Assembly: GCA_013265495.1 (NCBI GenBank)
Contig: PNXW01003605.1
Span: 1-34,573, forward strand
Reading direction: 5' to 3'
Source of the DNA: Vicugna vicugna
Taxonomy: Eukaryota
DNA: 34,573 bases
Shown here: positions 11,000 to 24,100 of the stretch, in pieces
Numbering within the stretch: position 1 is the first letter of the stretch
Layout of the letters: each line of letters starts with the position of its first letter
Made by a program: the position numbers and the translations under genes
Notes under the pieces: model-generated
What the model saw: only the letters and a program-made list of their open reading frames with translations
Database searches by the model: none
What the model was told of the DNA's origin: nothing

Positions 11000-12160
11000 C
11001 ACCCCATCCCCCGCAGGAGCCGTGGGGAAGGAAAGTCCCTTGTATGGTGTGCCCGCTGGAGGCCAGGTGGTCCAGCGCCAGACACAGCTCAGCCTTTCCT
11101 CGTTGCAGCGTTTCCTGCAGCGCAGGCGCGAGACCGCAGGGCTTGGGCGCAATCTTGCCTACTTGGGGCCCAACGACCCTTCCTGGAGCCTGGGGGTCGG
11201 GTCAAAACCACCAGGGCGGAGGGACTCAGGGGGGCATTCCAACGGGCGGGGTGGGGCGGGGCGGGTGCGGCCCCGAAGCCCCACCCGCAGCCCCGCCTCA
11301 TGGCAGTTCCGCCTCCTAGTCCCGCCCCCTGCCCGCATTTAAAGGGCTCGCTCTTTCCGTAGCGCAACCTCTGCTGTCTGCATCGTCCCGGGCTCGCTGA
11401 GGTGCCTGCGACTTTAATTAAAGGGCCGTCCCCTCGCCTAGGCTGCAGCACCGCCCCTCGGCTCCTCGCGCCTCAAAATGAGTAGCTCCCACTCCCGGGC
11501 GGGCCAGAGCGCTGCGGGCGCGGCTCCGGGCAGCGGTACCGACACGCGAGACGCTGAGATGCCGGCCACCGAGAAGGACCTGGCGGAGGATGCGCCGTGG
11601 AAGAAGATCCAGCAGAACACATTCACGCGTTGGTGCAACGAGCACCTGAAGTGCGTGAGCAAGCGCATCGCCAACCTGCAGACCGATTTGAGCGACGGGC
11701 TGCGGCTCATCGCGCTGCTGGAGGTGCTCAGCCAGAAGAAGATGCACCGCAAGCACAACCAGAGGCCCACCTTCCGCCAGATGCAGCTCGAGAACGTGTC
11801 GGTGGCGCTCGAGTTCCTAGACCGCGAGAGCATCAAGCTCGTGTCAATCGGTGAGGGCGCGGGCCTCCCCGTGGCGCGGGGAGGGTGAGGGAGGGGGACT
11901 CCGTGCGTCTTCCCATCTCCCGGGGGCTGACCCCTGGCAGACACCCTCTTAAAATGCGGCGCTGACCCAGAGGCTCCAGGGGCCGCCCAGATGCATGTGG
12001 GCCTGGAGAACAAAGGCTCGCTGGCCAGCGGTGCGTGCGGACCGCTTGGCGCCCCGCCCGCCTGTCCCGGCTGGCCCACGCCCAGGCTGAGCTCACATCC
12101 TCCACAGGCCGCGCCCCCGCCGCTGCGGCCGCGGTGGGAGAGGGCCTAGTGGGGCGGGCA
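10650..12160. promoter_or_regulatory. FLNA: CpG island over the FLNA intron 1 end and exon 2
   Basis: CpG-dense, with a GC-box/G-run cluster at ~11244-11265 and TTTAAA at 11338-11343. Boundaries are approximate. Confidence 0.7.
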
Positions 12161-15100
12161 CTGGCCAAGCTCTGGCCCTGTGCCCAATGCCCCATCTCTA
12201 ACGAGGCGGAGGCCAGGGCTCTCCACCCCCTAAAGCAGTTTGGAGAGGGCAGTCTGGCCTTCAGGCACCCCTGTGGTTCCTAAACAGGGGATGGAGCTTG
12301 TGGGTTCCATTATCTAGGCTCCCCACCCCCGCTAAAGATAGGGGGCCTTAATTTAGATCTCCCCCTCAGAACTAGGGGGCCAGAGAGGACCATAGCTATT
12401 GAAAGACAAGGTGGGTCTGTGCGCTGGCTAGTGAAGGGAGCTGGCTTGTAGCCTACTTAGACACCAAGTTACTGTTGATTTCTGGCCAAACTCTTCCATG
12501 TAGGACTTGCCTTCCTGCATCTAGAATGCAGGAGTTGGTTGGAAGGTACTCCAGCATGTGCTGGGCTCACTGCCGGCCCGATGTCCGTGTCACTGGGCTA
12601 GTGAGGCTGGAACTGACCAGACCTACTGCATCCCAGGCACTTCTTAAGATGGGAACTGCTCAGGGACCGACACCAGAACTGGTGACTTGGGGAGGGGGCT
12701 ATGCAACAGGGAGGGAAGGGGCAAGAGGTGTTTGTTTTCAGAGGCCTTCCAGATGTCCCTTTGGCCCATGGTCCATGCTGAGCCTGGGAAGGTGAGGGAC
12801 GGAGACTCAGGTTCCCCCAACCACTCAGGGCAGGTCTCAAGGGCCCCACCACTTTCTTTGGAATGCACGTCGTTGAGGCCAAGGAGGCCCACCCCCCAGT
12901 CCCAGCCTCAGTCTAGCCAAGCTGAGTCATCTCTGAGCCTTGGGGGGGGGCAACCGGATGTGGGGAGGCGGGCCACACCCCAGTTGTCTGGGGGGGGTCT
13001 CGTCCTCCCCCTTCCCTTCTTCTCCTCTTGTGAGCTGGCTGGAGCAGGCCTAGTTCCCAGAGCTTTGCCATATAAGGCAAAAAAATGTTGGAAAGCAGCA
13101 GTGATTAGGGGAGGGAGGGGTCAGGCTGGCTGGGGGCTGGGGAAAGACTCTTTTGTGAGGTGGACAGGGAGGGCCTCGGCCAGCCTCCTTTGGACTAGGG
13201 GGAGGGCCCAGCCCAACCTACCAGGGCTGATGAGCTTGGCCTTGTGTGTCCTCTCATGGGTCACAGTGGGCCTCAGGCCTCCTGAGGTCTCCTGTACAAG
13301 ACTCAGGATCCTGGGGGTGAGAGCCTGGTGGGAGGCCCCAGCGGGTCCTGTGCTCTTGGTCTTCTCTGAACCTTCCAGTCACCCCTAGCCTGAAGTCCTC
13401 TCTCCACCCTCCCTTGCTTGCCATCGGGGGACAGCGTTAGGTAGTGGTGTGCGACCAGGAGCAACCCCAGTCCAGGAACATGCTTTGAGTAGCATGGCGC
13501 TGGTCCTCAAAGTGCTGCCTGCTGGATTCAGAGGCTGCCGCATTGATGGACCTTTCCGAGGCACTCATCCCCTTCTTCCCATTCCCAAGTTGACCCACTC
13601 GACAAGTATTTTCTCCTGATTATTGGGGGTAGAGGATGGAGCATGCCAGCAGGAATTTCAAAGATGAGTTGCCCTCTCCCATTCTTGGAGCACCACCCCC
13701 AGCCCCCAATCTCAGGAGGAGGCTGAGACCCAGAAGGGCCTTGGGTGGGGCTTAGAGCACAGAGAGGTTGCTATAGTGATGGGGTACAGGGTGCCCGCCC
13801 TAACCACTTCCCCTGTGGTGAGCTTGGTGGCCACCAGCTCTCAGCCCAGTGGCCCGTTAGGTGGCGAGAACAGGCAGCAGCCGAGCACGCTCCGCTGAGG
13901 CAGCGGGACTTGGGGACCCCACCCATGACTTCTGCCACCCAGGCTCCCGAGCTGAGCCCTGGGCGCCCAACACAGGCTCGCTGGCTTTGCTCCCCCCACC
14001 TCCTCATCCTCCTCCTCCTCCTCCTCGGGCTGGGTGAGGGGCCCCTGGAATGTGTCCTGCCCATCATCCTGGCTGGCAGGCTATCCCTGCTGGGCCCCAG
14101 TGAGTCAGGGCCCTGCAGTCCAACCACTGGTTCCTTGGGGCTCCCAGCCCCTCCCTTGCACCAGGCCTGCTGCCCAACTCCCAGCTGGGCTCTGGGGGGA
14201 GGGGGAGCACTGAGGAAGTGGTGGGGGGTGGGTCTCGCACCCTCCACCCAAAGGGTCCTTGCTTAACACCTCTGCTTTCCCTGCCCCATGCCGTCCACCC
14301 ACTCACCCTGGGGCAGCAGTTGTATTTCCCAACCGCCCCACCAGCCTGCCTTCCCCTTCCTCAGTGCCAGGTCAGGGGCTCTGGCATTGAGGCCTGCTGG
14401 GGCCTGGCTGTTCCTCCTGCCCATTCTCTGGAGACCCCTGGAGATGGGTGGTGGGCTCGTGTGTGGGCAGCTGTGGCGTGCTCATCGGACTCACTCTCCA
14501 GAGCCACCATCTTTGGGGAAGGGGACTCCTCCAGAGACCTCCCCTGGCCCTGTCTGCAGCCAAGCTCTGTCACATGTCCTTCCTCTAGGGCCCCACAGCC
14601 TCGGCTTCTGGCATCACCCCCTCACTGTACTGTATCATCACCATTTGCCCATGGGTGTTTTCCCTTCGAACCTGCTTCACGCCCTTGCAGGGGCCCTGGG
14701 CAGAGAGGGCCCCACCCCACCCTGCGAGGGCCTCTCTCTCCTCCCTGGGGCCCGCTGTGCTCCACACAGCAGTGCCTGGGAGTGGCCTGCCACCCTGTGT
14801 GTGCATGTACACATGTGCACAGGGACGCCCACGGAGGCCCCTGCCTGCCCAGCGCTGCCACTCCTTTCCCTCACAGACAGCAAGGCCATCGTGGACGGGA
14901 ACCTGAAGCTGATCTTGGGCCTTATCTGGACCCTGATCCTACACTACTCCATCTCCATGCCCATGTGGGACGAAGAGGAGGATGAGGAGGCCAAGAAACA
15001 GACACCCAAGCAGAGGCTTCTGGGATGGATCCAGAACAAGCTGCCACAGCTGCCCATCACAAACTTCAGCCGGGACTGGCAGAGCGGCAGGGCCCTGGGC

Positions 15101-18100
15101 GCCCTGGTGGACAGCTGTGCCCCAGGTGAGGGGCGTGGGCGTGCTGGGGCAGACCGGATGGCCCACCAGGAAGTTCTGTGGGCCCCCGACTCACCACCTT
15201 CCTCGTGCCTCAGGCCTGTGTCCTGACTGGGACTCCTGGGACGCCAGCAAGCCTGTGAACAATGCACGGGAAGCCATGCAGCAGGCCGATGACTGGCTGG
15301 GCATCCCTCAGGTACACCCCTGCTTGACCACTTGGGGCCATCCAGGGGCCGAGATCCCGGTGGGGGTCAGTGGCACGCCCCAGGAACCTGAGACTAGAGG
15401 CTAAATGGCCCCTGTCTTCTGCCCATGGCAGGTGATCACTCCTGAGGAGATCGTGGACCCCAATGTGGATGAGCACTCCGTCATGACCTACCTATCCCAG
15501 TTCCCCAAGGCCAAGCTGAAACCAGGGGCTCCCCTGCGGCCCAAACTGAACCCGAAGAAAGCCCGAGCCTACGGGCCAGGTGAGGGAGCCAGGCAGCAGT
15601 GGGTGCTCCTGGGCGACGCCCTCCTCCCTGCGGGTCAGTGTCCTCTCTAAAGATGAGTCTTGAGTCACGTGGCAGCAAGGTTATTAAATGCCCCCGAGAG
15701 TCAGGCAGGAGTGGGTTGAGGGAGGAAGGACCCGTCCGCCTTACTGCGGTGGAGATGAAACCCAGCCCAGGGCATCATACAGGAGTGAGGGCCCAGGCAA
15801 ACACTGGGGCACGTTCCAGAAAACGGGCCCAGGCCTGTCCCACGGCAGGAGCGCAGCTGGGACCTAAGGCTCTGTGCGCTGGGGTTTAAGCTGAACTGAC
15901 TCGCGTGCACAGAGCGTGCCTGCTGGGGCTGCGCTGGGGAGGGGGCGGCGCTCACAGCCTGCGCGGGCCTTTCGCGCCCTCCCCCGGCAGGCATCGAGCC
16001 CACAGGCAACATGGTGAAGAAGCGGGCAGAGTTCACTGTGGAGACTAGAAGCGCTGGCCAGGGAGAGGTGCTGGTGTACGTGGAGGACCCGGCTGGACAC
16101 CAGGAGGAGGTAGGGCCGACGGCATGTGGGGCAGGTGCCACTGTGCCTTCGCTGGCAGGGGCCACTCTCAGCCAGAGCTCACAGGCTCCTTTCCACCTTA
16201 GGCCAAGGTGACAGCCAATAATGACAAGAACCGTACCTTCTCTGTCTGGTATGTCCCCGAGGTGACGGGGACTCACAAGGTGAGCCCTCAGGCCAAGGGG
16301 AAGCTGGTGGCGAGGGCAGCTGCTGTAGGGCCCCACCCCGCCCTCACGTCCTGCCCCTCCTGCGAACAGGTCACTGTGCTCTTTGCCGGCCAGCACATCG
16401 CCAAGAGCCCCTTCGAGGTGTACGTGGACAAGTCCCAGGGTGATGCCAGCAAAGTGACTGCCCAGGGCCCTGGCCTGGAGCCCAGCGGCAACATCGCCAA
16501 CAAGACCACCTACTTTGAGATCTTCACGGCAGGTGAGGGGAGGGTACTGAGGCTGCAAGGTCTGGGGGTGGGGCCGCTGGGGCCTGGAGGCTCTGGGAGC
16601 TGAGATGGTACCTTACGGTAGGCGCTGGCACGGGTGAGGTGGAGGTCGTGATCCAGGACCCTGCTGGACAGAAGGGTACTGTGGTGCCTCAGCTGGAGGC
16701 CCGGGGCGACAGCACGTATCGCTGCAGTTACCAGCCCACCATGGAGGGTGTCCACACGGTGCACGTCACCTTCGCTGGCGTGCCCATCCCTCGCAGCCCC
16801 TACACTGTCACTGTTGGCCAAGGTAGGCCAGTCCTGGCTGTCACATGCTGGGCCATTGCAGCCCAGGCCTCCCTTGGGAGGGAGGCAGCCGGGGCAGGTC
16901 CCTCTCCATCCAGCCCCTGCCCCATCTCCCTGGGTTGTCTGTGCTTCCACTGTCTGGGCGATGTACTCTCTCTCTATTCCCCTTCTGGGGCCCCTCCTCC
17001 TCTTCCACCTCTTGCCCGTCTCCATCTCTCTCTCTCTCTCCACGCTTTCATCTTCGGAAGAGCTCGCTCCAGTTGTCTAGAAACCTGCTGCTCTCTGCTC
17101 TGCCCGCAGGGTCAACGGTACTTGGATCTGTCTTCCTCTGGGAGGGGAGGGCTGGGCTGGAGGTGGGGGACAGATGCAGATGGAGCAGGTGGGAGGAGGC
17201 CTGACATGTCCTGGCCTTGGCCACAGGTCTTAGGGTCACAGTCCGTTCTGGTTCTTTCTTGCGCATCCTTCCCCACCCTCTGTGGCCTGATGGTCCAGCC
17301 ACGTGGGAGGCAAGGGAAGGGTTGCCTAGCTCCAGCTCCCAGCAGCTCAGCTGGCTCTCTGCTCACAGCTTGTAACCCAGGTGCCTGCCGTGCTGTCGGC
17401 CGGGGCCTCCAACCCAAGGGCGTGCGGGTGAAGGAGACTGCTGACTTCAAGGTCTACACGAAGGGCGCGGGCAGTGGGGAGCTGAAGGTCACTGTGAAGG
17501 GTCCCAGTAAGTTGACCTGCAGCTGGGGTGGGCAGTGCTGGCCCCAGGCCACTGCCGGCCAGGCCTGAGGCCCTTCCTCGTCTGGCAGAGGGCGAGGAGC
17601 GTGTGAAACAGAAGGACCTGGGGGACGGCGTCTATGGCTTCGAGTATTATCCCGTGGTCCCTGGCACGTACATCGTCACCATCACGTGGGGAGGCCAGAA
17701 CATCGGGCGCAGGTGAGGCTGTGGGCAGAGCGCTCAGAGGTGGTGCTCTTCTCCCCTGTGGGTTTCGGGCAGGCTGCTGTCCAAGACGGGGTCCCTCAGC
17801 CCTTCCTGATGTGGCTCTCTCCTCGCAGCCCCTTCGAGGTGAAGGTGGGCACTGAGTGTGGCAATCAGAAGGTGCGGGCCTGGGGCCCTGGGCTGGAGGG
17901 AGGCGTCGTTGGCAAGTCAGCCGACTTTGTGGTAGAAGCCATCGGGGACGATGTAGGCACCCTGGGTGAGTTGGAGGCTGCAATGTGGGTGCCTGGGGGG
18001 CAGAGGGTGGCGAGGGCCACCCTTCCAAGGCTCTGGGACACTGATGGAGCTGGCGGCTGTTGTCAGGCTTCTCGGTGGAGGGCCCATCACAGGCCAAGAT

Positions 18101-21100
18101 CGAATGTGATGACAAGGGCGATGGCTCCTGTGACGTGCGCTACTGGCCCCAGGAGGCTGGCGAGTATGCTGTGCACGTGCTGTGCAACAGTGAAGATATC
18201 CGCCTGAGCCCCTTCATGGCAGACATCCGCGAAGCCCCCCAGGATTTCCATCCAGACAGGGTAAAGGGCATGTGCCGCTGGCCCAGGTCTCTGACCTCCT
18301 TCTACCTCTGCGTAGGGGCTGGGCTGGGGGCAGGAAGCCTGGGCTGGTATCCCCGGTGGTGTGCTCCTGCCACTCTGTCTACGGGGGCCTGCACTTGGTC
18401 TCCTGAGATCTGGGTGGCCTCCCATTAGGTGAAGGCACGTGGGCCCGGATTGGAGAAGACAGGTGTGGCTGTCAACAAGCCGGCGGAGTTCACGGTGGAT
18501 GCCAAGCACGGTGGGAAGGCTCCTCTCAGGGTCCAAGTGCAGGTCAGGTGCCCACTCATGGGGGTGGGGTGGGCAGGTGCCCAGGCCTGGGTACTGACTA
18601 GGAGGCCACCTACTACGCCTGCCTTCCAGGACAATGAGGGCTGCCCTGTGGAGGCATCAGTCAAAGACCACGGCAATGGCACTTACAGCTGCTCTTATGT
18701 GCCCCGGAAGCCTGTGAAGCACACGGCCATGGTGTCTTGGGGCGGCGTCAGCATCCCCAACAGCCCCTTCCGGGTGAGCCTGCCCTCTGTGGGCCCCGAA
18801 CTGGCCTGGAGCCTGCTTCCCTAGGGTGCCTGCTTTGTTCTCATCCAGCTCTGTTCGATAGAACTTGAATAGCCTACAGCTGACCCCTCTTGAATGTACA
18901 CCTCGGTAGTTTTGAGTAAGTTCAGAGTTGCGCAGCCATCACCACATCAAAGAGGAAGACGTTTTCGCCATTCCTAAGAGAAACTCCTCCACCCGCTAGC
19001 GCCTCACCCCTCACCCCCGCCCAGCCCTCAGCAACCCCTCATCTGCTTTCCTATAGGAGGTGGCCTTCTGTTCCTGGCTGCTTTCACTCAGCATCCCCTT
19101 TTGTGCTTCTGCCTTTTTATGGCTGACCAGCACTCCGTTGTACGGAGAGACCATGTTTTACTTATCTGGTCATTTGTTGATGGACATTTGGGATTTTCTC
19201 ACCTTTTGGCTGTTGTGAACAGTGCCGCTGTGAACGTTCAAGTACAAGTGTTTGTGTGGATGAGTGATCTTGTTTTTCTGGGTGGACAGATTTCACATCT
19301 GAGTGGAATTGCAGCAGTATGTACTCACTTTATGTGTAATCGTTTGAGGAACCACCAGATGACTTCCTGAGGTGGTTGCACCATTTTGCTTGCCTCCTGA
19401 TGGTGGGTGAAAAAGCCCCAGTGGCTCCTGCAGGCTGGTCATGCCCCTGCGCTTGCCCCATGCCCTGCAGGTGAACGTGGGAGCAGGCAGCCACCCAAAC
19501 AAGGTCAAGGTGTACGGTCCAGGAGTGGCCAAGACAGGGCTCAAGGCTCACGAGCCCACCTACTTCACTGTGGACTGCACGGAGGCCGGCCAGGGTAAGG
19601 CCCCGCCTCAAGAGTGGGTAGGCGAGTGGGCAAGGCATCTCTGTGAGTCCCAGCCTCCACCCCCTCCCCCACTACAGGCGACGTCAGCATTGGCATCAAG
19701 TGCGCCCCTGGCGTAGTGGGCCCCACCGAGGCCGATATTGACTTTGACATCATCCGCAATGACAATGACACTTTCACAGTCAAGTATACACCCCGTGGGG
19801 CTGGCAGCTACACCATCATGGTCCTCTTTGCTGACCAGGTGGGTGCTGCTGCTCCCGGTCCCTCACTCTGCTGGGTGTTGGGGTGCTGCCCCCCTCTCAG
19901 TCTTTCCCCTCCCACCCACTGCAGGCCACGCCCACCAGCCCCATCCGTGTCAAGGTGGAGCCCTCCCATGATGCCAGCAAGGTGAAGGCCGAGGGCCCTG
20001 GTCTCAGTCGCACTGGTGAGGACGAGTACCGTGTGGGGAGGTCGCGGGGCAAGACCCAAGGTACCCCTACAGGGTCTCTCACTGTGTCTCCTCAGGTGTT
20101 GAGCTTGGCAAACCTACCCACTTCACGGTCAATGCCAAAGCTGCTGGCAAAGGCAAGCTGGATGTCCAGTTCTCCGGGCTGGCCAAGGGGGACGCGGTGC
20201 GTGATGTGGACATCATTGACCATCATGACAATACCTACACTGTCAAGTACACTCCCGTGCAGCAGGTAGCCACCCGGCCCCCTGTCGCTGCACCTTCCAC
20301 CACACCTGCTGAGCCTTTGGGCCTCCTCGCTTGGTGGGCTTGGTGGGCAGCTCTAGGGGCCTTCCCACACACTCTTGTTTCCTACCTGGGAGGGAGTGGG
20401 CATGGGAGTCTGGGGGGCAGTGGGAGAGCAAAGCCAGTGTTTCTCTGATGTCCCCTCCCCATGCCCAATTTCAGAAGCCATGGGCCAGGGAGACCAAAAT
20501 CATGACCCATGACTCTGCCTTCTGTACCCCTCCCAGGGCCCAGTGGGCATCAATCTCACTTATGGAGGGGACCCTATCCCCAAGAGCCCCTTCTCAGTGG
20601 CGGTGTCTCCAAGCCTGGACCTGAGCAAGATCAAGGTGTCCGGCCTGGGAGAGAGTAAGTAGTTGTGTTCCTGGTCACAGTCACTGAGAACATGCCCTGG
20701 GGCTGCCTGGGTAGGGCGGCACGGTTCTCTCCCTCTTTTCATCATCTCAACAGAGGTGGATGTTGGCAAAGACCAGGAGTTCACAGTTAAGACGAAGGGT
20801 GCTGGTGGCCAAGGCAAAGTGGCCTCCAAGATCGTGGGCCCCTCTGGGGCAGCAGTACCCTGCAAGGTGGAGCCAGGCCTGGGGGCTGACAACAGTGTGG
20901 TGCGTTTTGTGCCCCGTGAGGAGGGGCCCTATGAGGTAGAGGTGACCTACGACGGTGTCCCTGTGCCCGGCAGCCCCTTTCCTCTGGAAGCTGTGCCCCC
21001 CACCAAACCTAGCAAGGTAATTGGGTTTTGGGGGGCCACCTCATCTTCTCTAGACTTACCCTCACCCTTTCTCGCTTTTGTCCTTTTGAGCAATGGCCCT

Positions 21101-24100
21101 GCTCTGGCCTGCCTGTGCCCCTGCCTGGTTGGGGAGGGAAGCTGGGACAAGAGGAGGTAGATGGAAGGTCAGGCTGGGGGTCTTAGGGTCAAGGGTCAGG
21201 GAGGTTCTCCTGACTTGCCCCTCCTCCCTCAGGTGAAAGCCTTTGGGCCGGGGCTACAGGGGGGCAGTGCAGGCTCCCCTGCCCGCTTCACCATCGACAC
21301 CAAGGGTGCCGGCATGGGCGGCCTGGGCCTGACGGTGGAGGGCCCCTGCGAGGCCCAGCTTGAGTGCCTGGACAACGGGGATGGCACATGCTCTGTGTCC
21401 TATGTGCCTACTGAGCCTGGGGACTACAACATCAACATCCTCTTCGCTGACACTCACATCCCTGGCTCCCCGTTCAAGGCCCATGTGGTTCCCTGCTTTG
21501 ACGCTTCCAAGGTCAAGTGCTCGGGCCCTGGGCTGGAGCGGGCCACCGCCGGTGAGGCAGGCCAGTTTCATGTGGACTGTTCAAGTGCAGGCAGCGCAGA
21601 GCTGACCATTGAGATCCGCTCCGAGGCCGGGCTGCCGGCTGAGGTGCACATCCAGGACCATGGCGACGGCACACACACCATCACCTACATCCCCCTTTGC
21701 CCCGGGGCCTACACCGTCACCATCAAGTACGGTGGCCAGCCCGTGCCCAACTTCCCCAGCAAGCTGCAGGTGGAGCCTGCGGTGGACACCTCGGGTGTCC
21801 AGTGCTACGGGCCTGGAATCGAGGGCCAAGGTGAGGGGCCGTGGCATGGGGCAGGGAGCCCAGGGGAGCCCGGGCCCCTGGAGCCCCGCACTTCCTCTCC
21901 ATGCCTCTCTGCAGGCGTCTTCCGAGAAGCCACCACTGAGTTCAGCGTGGATGCCCGGGCTCTGACGCAGACTGGAGGGCCGCACGTTAAGGCTCGTGTG
22001 GCCAACCCCTCAGGCCACCTGACCGAGACCTATGTGCAGGACTGTGGTGATGGCACCTACAAAGTGGAGTACACGCCTTATGAGGAGGGTGCGTGCTGGA
22101 GCACCTGAGGGCTGAGGGGCAGGGGTAGGGCGGCCCAGGCTCCTCCTGACCCAGCCCGCCCTCCTCCAGGACTCCACTCTGTGGATGTGACCTATGACGG
22201 CAGCCCTGTGCCCAGCAGTCCCTTCCAGGTGCCTGTGACTGAGGGCTGCGACCCATCCCGAGTGCGTGTCCATGGGCCAGGCATCCAGAGTGGCACCACC
22301 AACAAGCCCAACAAGTTCACCGTGGAGACCAGGTGAGTGAGAGCCCAAGGGGCAGAGGCTGCCGTGGGCCTTGGAACCCCGGGGAGTAACAGCGATCTGT
22401 TTGGCCTAGGGGAGCTGGCACGGGGGGCCTGGGTCTGGCTGTAGAGGGCCCCTCCGAGGCCAAGATGTCCTGCATGGACAATAAGGATGGCAGCTGCTCA
22501 GTCGAGTACATCCCCTACGAGGCCGGCACCTACAGCCTTAATGTCACCTATGGTGGCCACCAGGTGCCAGGTGAGGAGGTGGGCCAGCTGGGGCTGGGCT
22601 GGGACCACCTGCCCACCATCCACTGTGTCTCATATGGCTGCCATCCTTCCCGTCCCCCTACCCAGGCAGTCCTTTCAAGGTCCCTGTGCATGATGTGACA
22701 GATGCATCCAAGGTCAAGTGCTCTGGGCCTGGCCTGAGCCCAGGCATGGTCCGCGCCAACCTCCCTCAGTCCTTCCAGGTGGACACGAGCAAGGCCGGTG
22801 TGGCCCCACTGCAGGTCAAAGTGCAGGGGCCTAAAGGTGAGTGTTCACATGCCTGGGAGCAGGAGTCAGGTCAGGAGGGCATGGTCGTCTTTGAGGGGCC
22901 AGGGAAGGAGACCGGAGGCTCGGCACACAGAGGGTGGGGCTAGTGTGCTGGCAGTTGATGGAGAATCCTCAGGGGACACTGCCGCCAGTGCCTAGGGTCA
23001 GGGGACTGAAAGGAGGTAGAACAGACAGGACGTGGCCACTGAGCAGATGTGGCAGGAGGGAGGGAGAGCAGGGGTCTGAGGTGGCACTCGGGCTCAGGGC
23101 CATTCCTGGGGACGGGCCAGTGAGGGAAACTGAGGTCTAGACCTGGGTTGGAGGCTGGGTACACAGCCAAGGTTCAGCTTCTAGTGTCGTGGGCCTGGAG
23201 GCCCAGGACTAGCTGAGGCTCTGTCTCTGGGACTGGGGCCAGGCCTGGTGGAGCCAGTGGATGTCGTGGACAATGCTGATGGTACCCAGACCGTCAACTA
23301 TGTGCCCAGCCGTGAGGGGCCCTACAGCATCTCTGTGCTGTATGGGGAAGAAGAGGTTCCCCGAAGGTAAGAGTCAGGGCCCACTGCCTGTGGGGAGGGG
23401 CCCCCGGCTGGGTGCCAAAATTCTTTCTGACCACTTTTAACATCCCGGCCCAACAGCCCCTTCAAGGTCAAGGTGCTGCCTACGCATGATGCCAGCAAGG
23501 TAAAGGCCAGTGGCCCTGGGCTCAACACCACTGGTGTGCCTGCCAGCCTGCCTGTGGAGTTCACCATTGATGCGAAGGATGCAGGGGAGGGTCTGCTGGC
23601 TGTCCAGATCACGGTGAGCTGACCACATGGGTGGCCACCTGGCCTTGCTGTTTTGCAGCTCCGGCCACATGGAAGGCGAGGAAGGGGAAGGGCCCAGGCT
23701 GGAGTGGTGGGTGGTGTGGGGCATGCAGCCTGGGGCAGATGGCCCAGTCCGGCTCTCTCTGATCTCCCTTGGGAGCTTTGTGCAGGGGCAGGTCCCCTGC
23801 CTCTGGGATGGTAATGACAGACAGGGGCTTCCCCACGCACGCACTTGCTCACTTCTAACTGAGCTCGTTATGGTACTGAAGCCCTTCTAGTGCCTCAACT
23901 TGCCCACCTGGAACATTCTCTCGGGCCAGGTATGAGGCTAGGCTGGTGAGACCTTCTGGGGGAGTTCCTCCTAATGCTTGGCAGACCCTGGGGTGGAAGG
24001 TGGGAGCTGAGAGGTGCTCATGGGGATAAAGGAGAATGGGTGCCAAGTTTTCTGGCCTTGCCTGTTGTCACATGGGGGAGCACTGGGCATTTGAGGGCTT

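Noticed and set aside
10070..11362. 430-aa ORF in FLNA intron 1, and the mirrored 250/261/131-aa ORFs at 4768-5623
   Set aside because: GC-rich, stop-poor sequence with several overlapping frames open, mostly non-ATG starts, low-complexity R/G/P/A content and no recognisable domain. The twin ORFs simply reflect the inverted repeat.
11841..11851. 11-mer GTGTCAATCGG shared between the end of exon 2 and microexon 30 (24641-24651)
   Set aside because: Short, both encode VSI, and consistent with chance.
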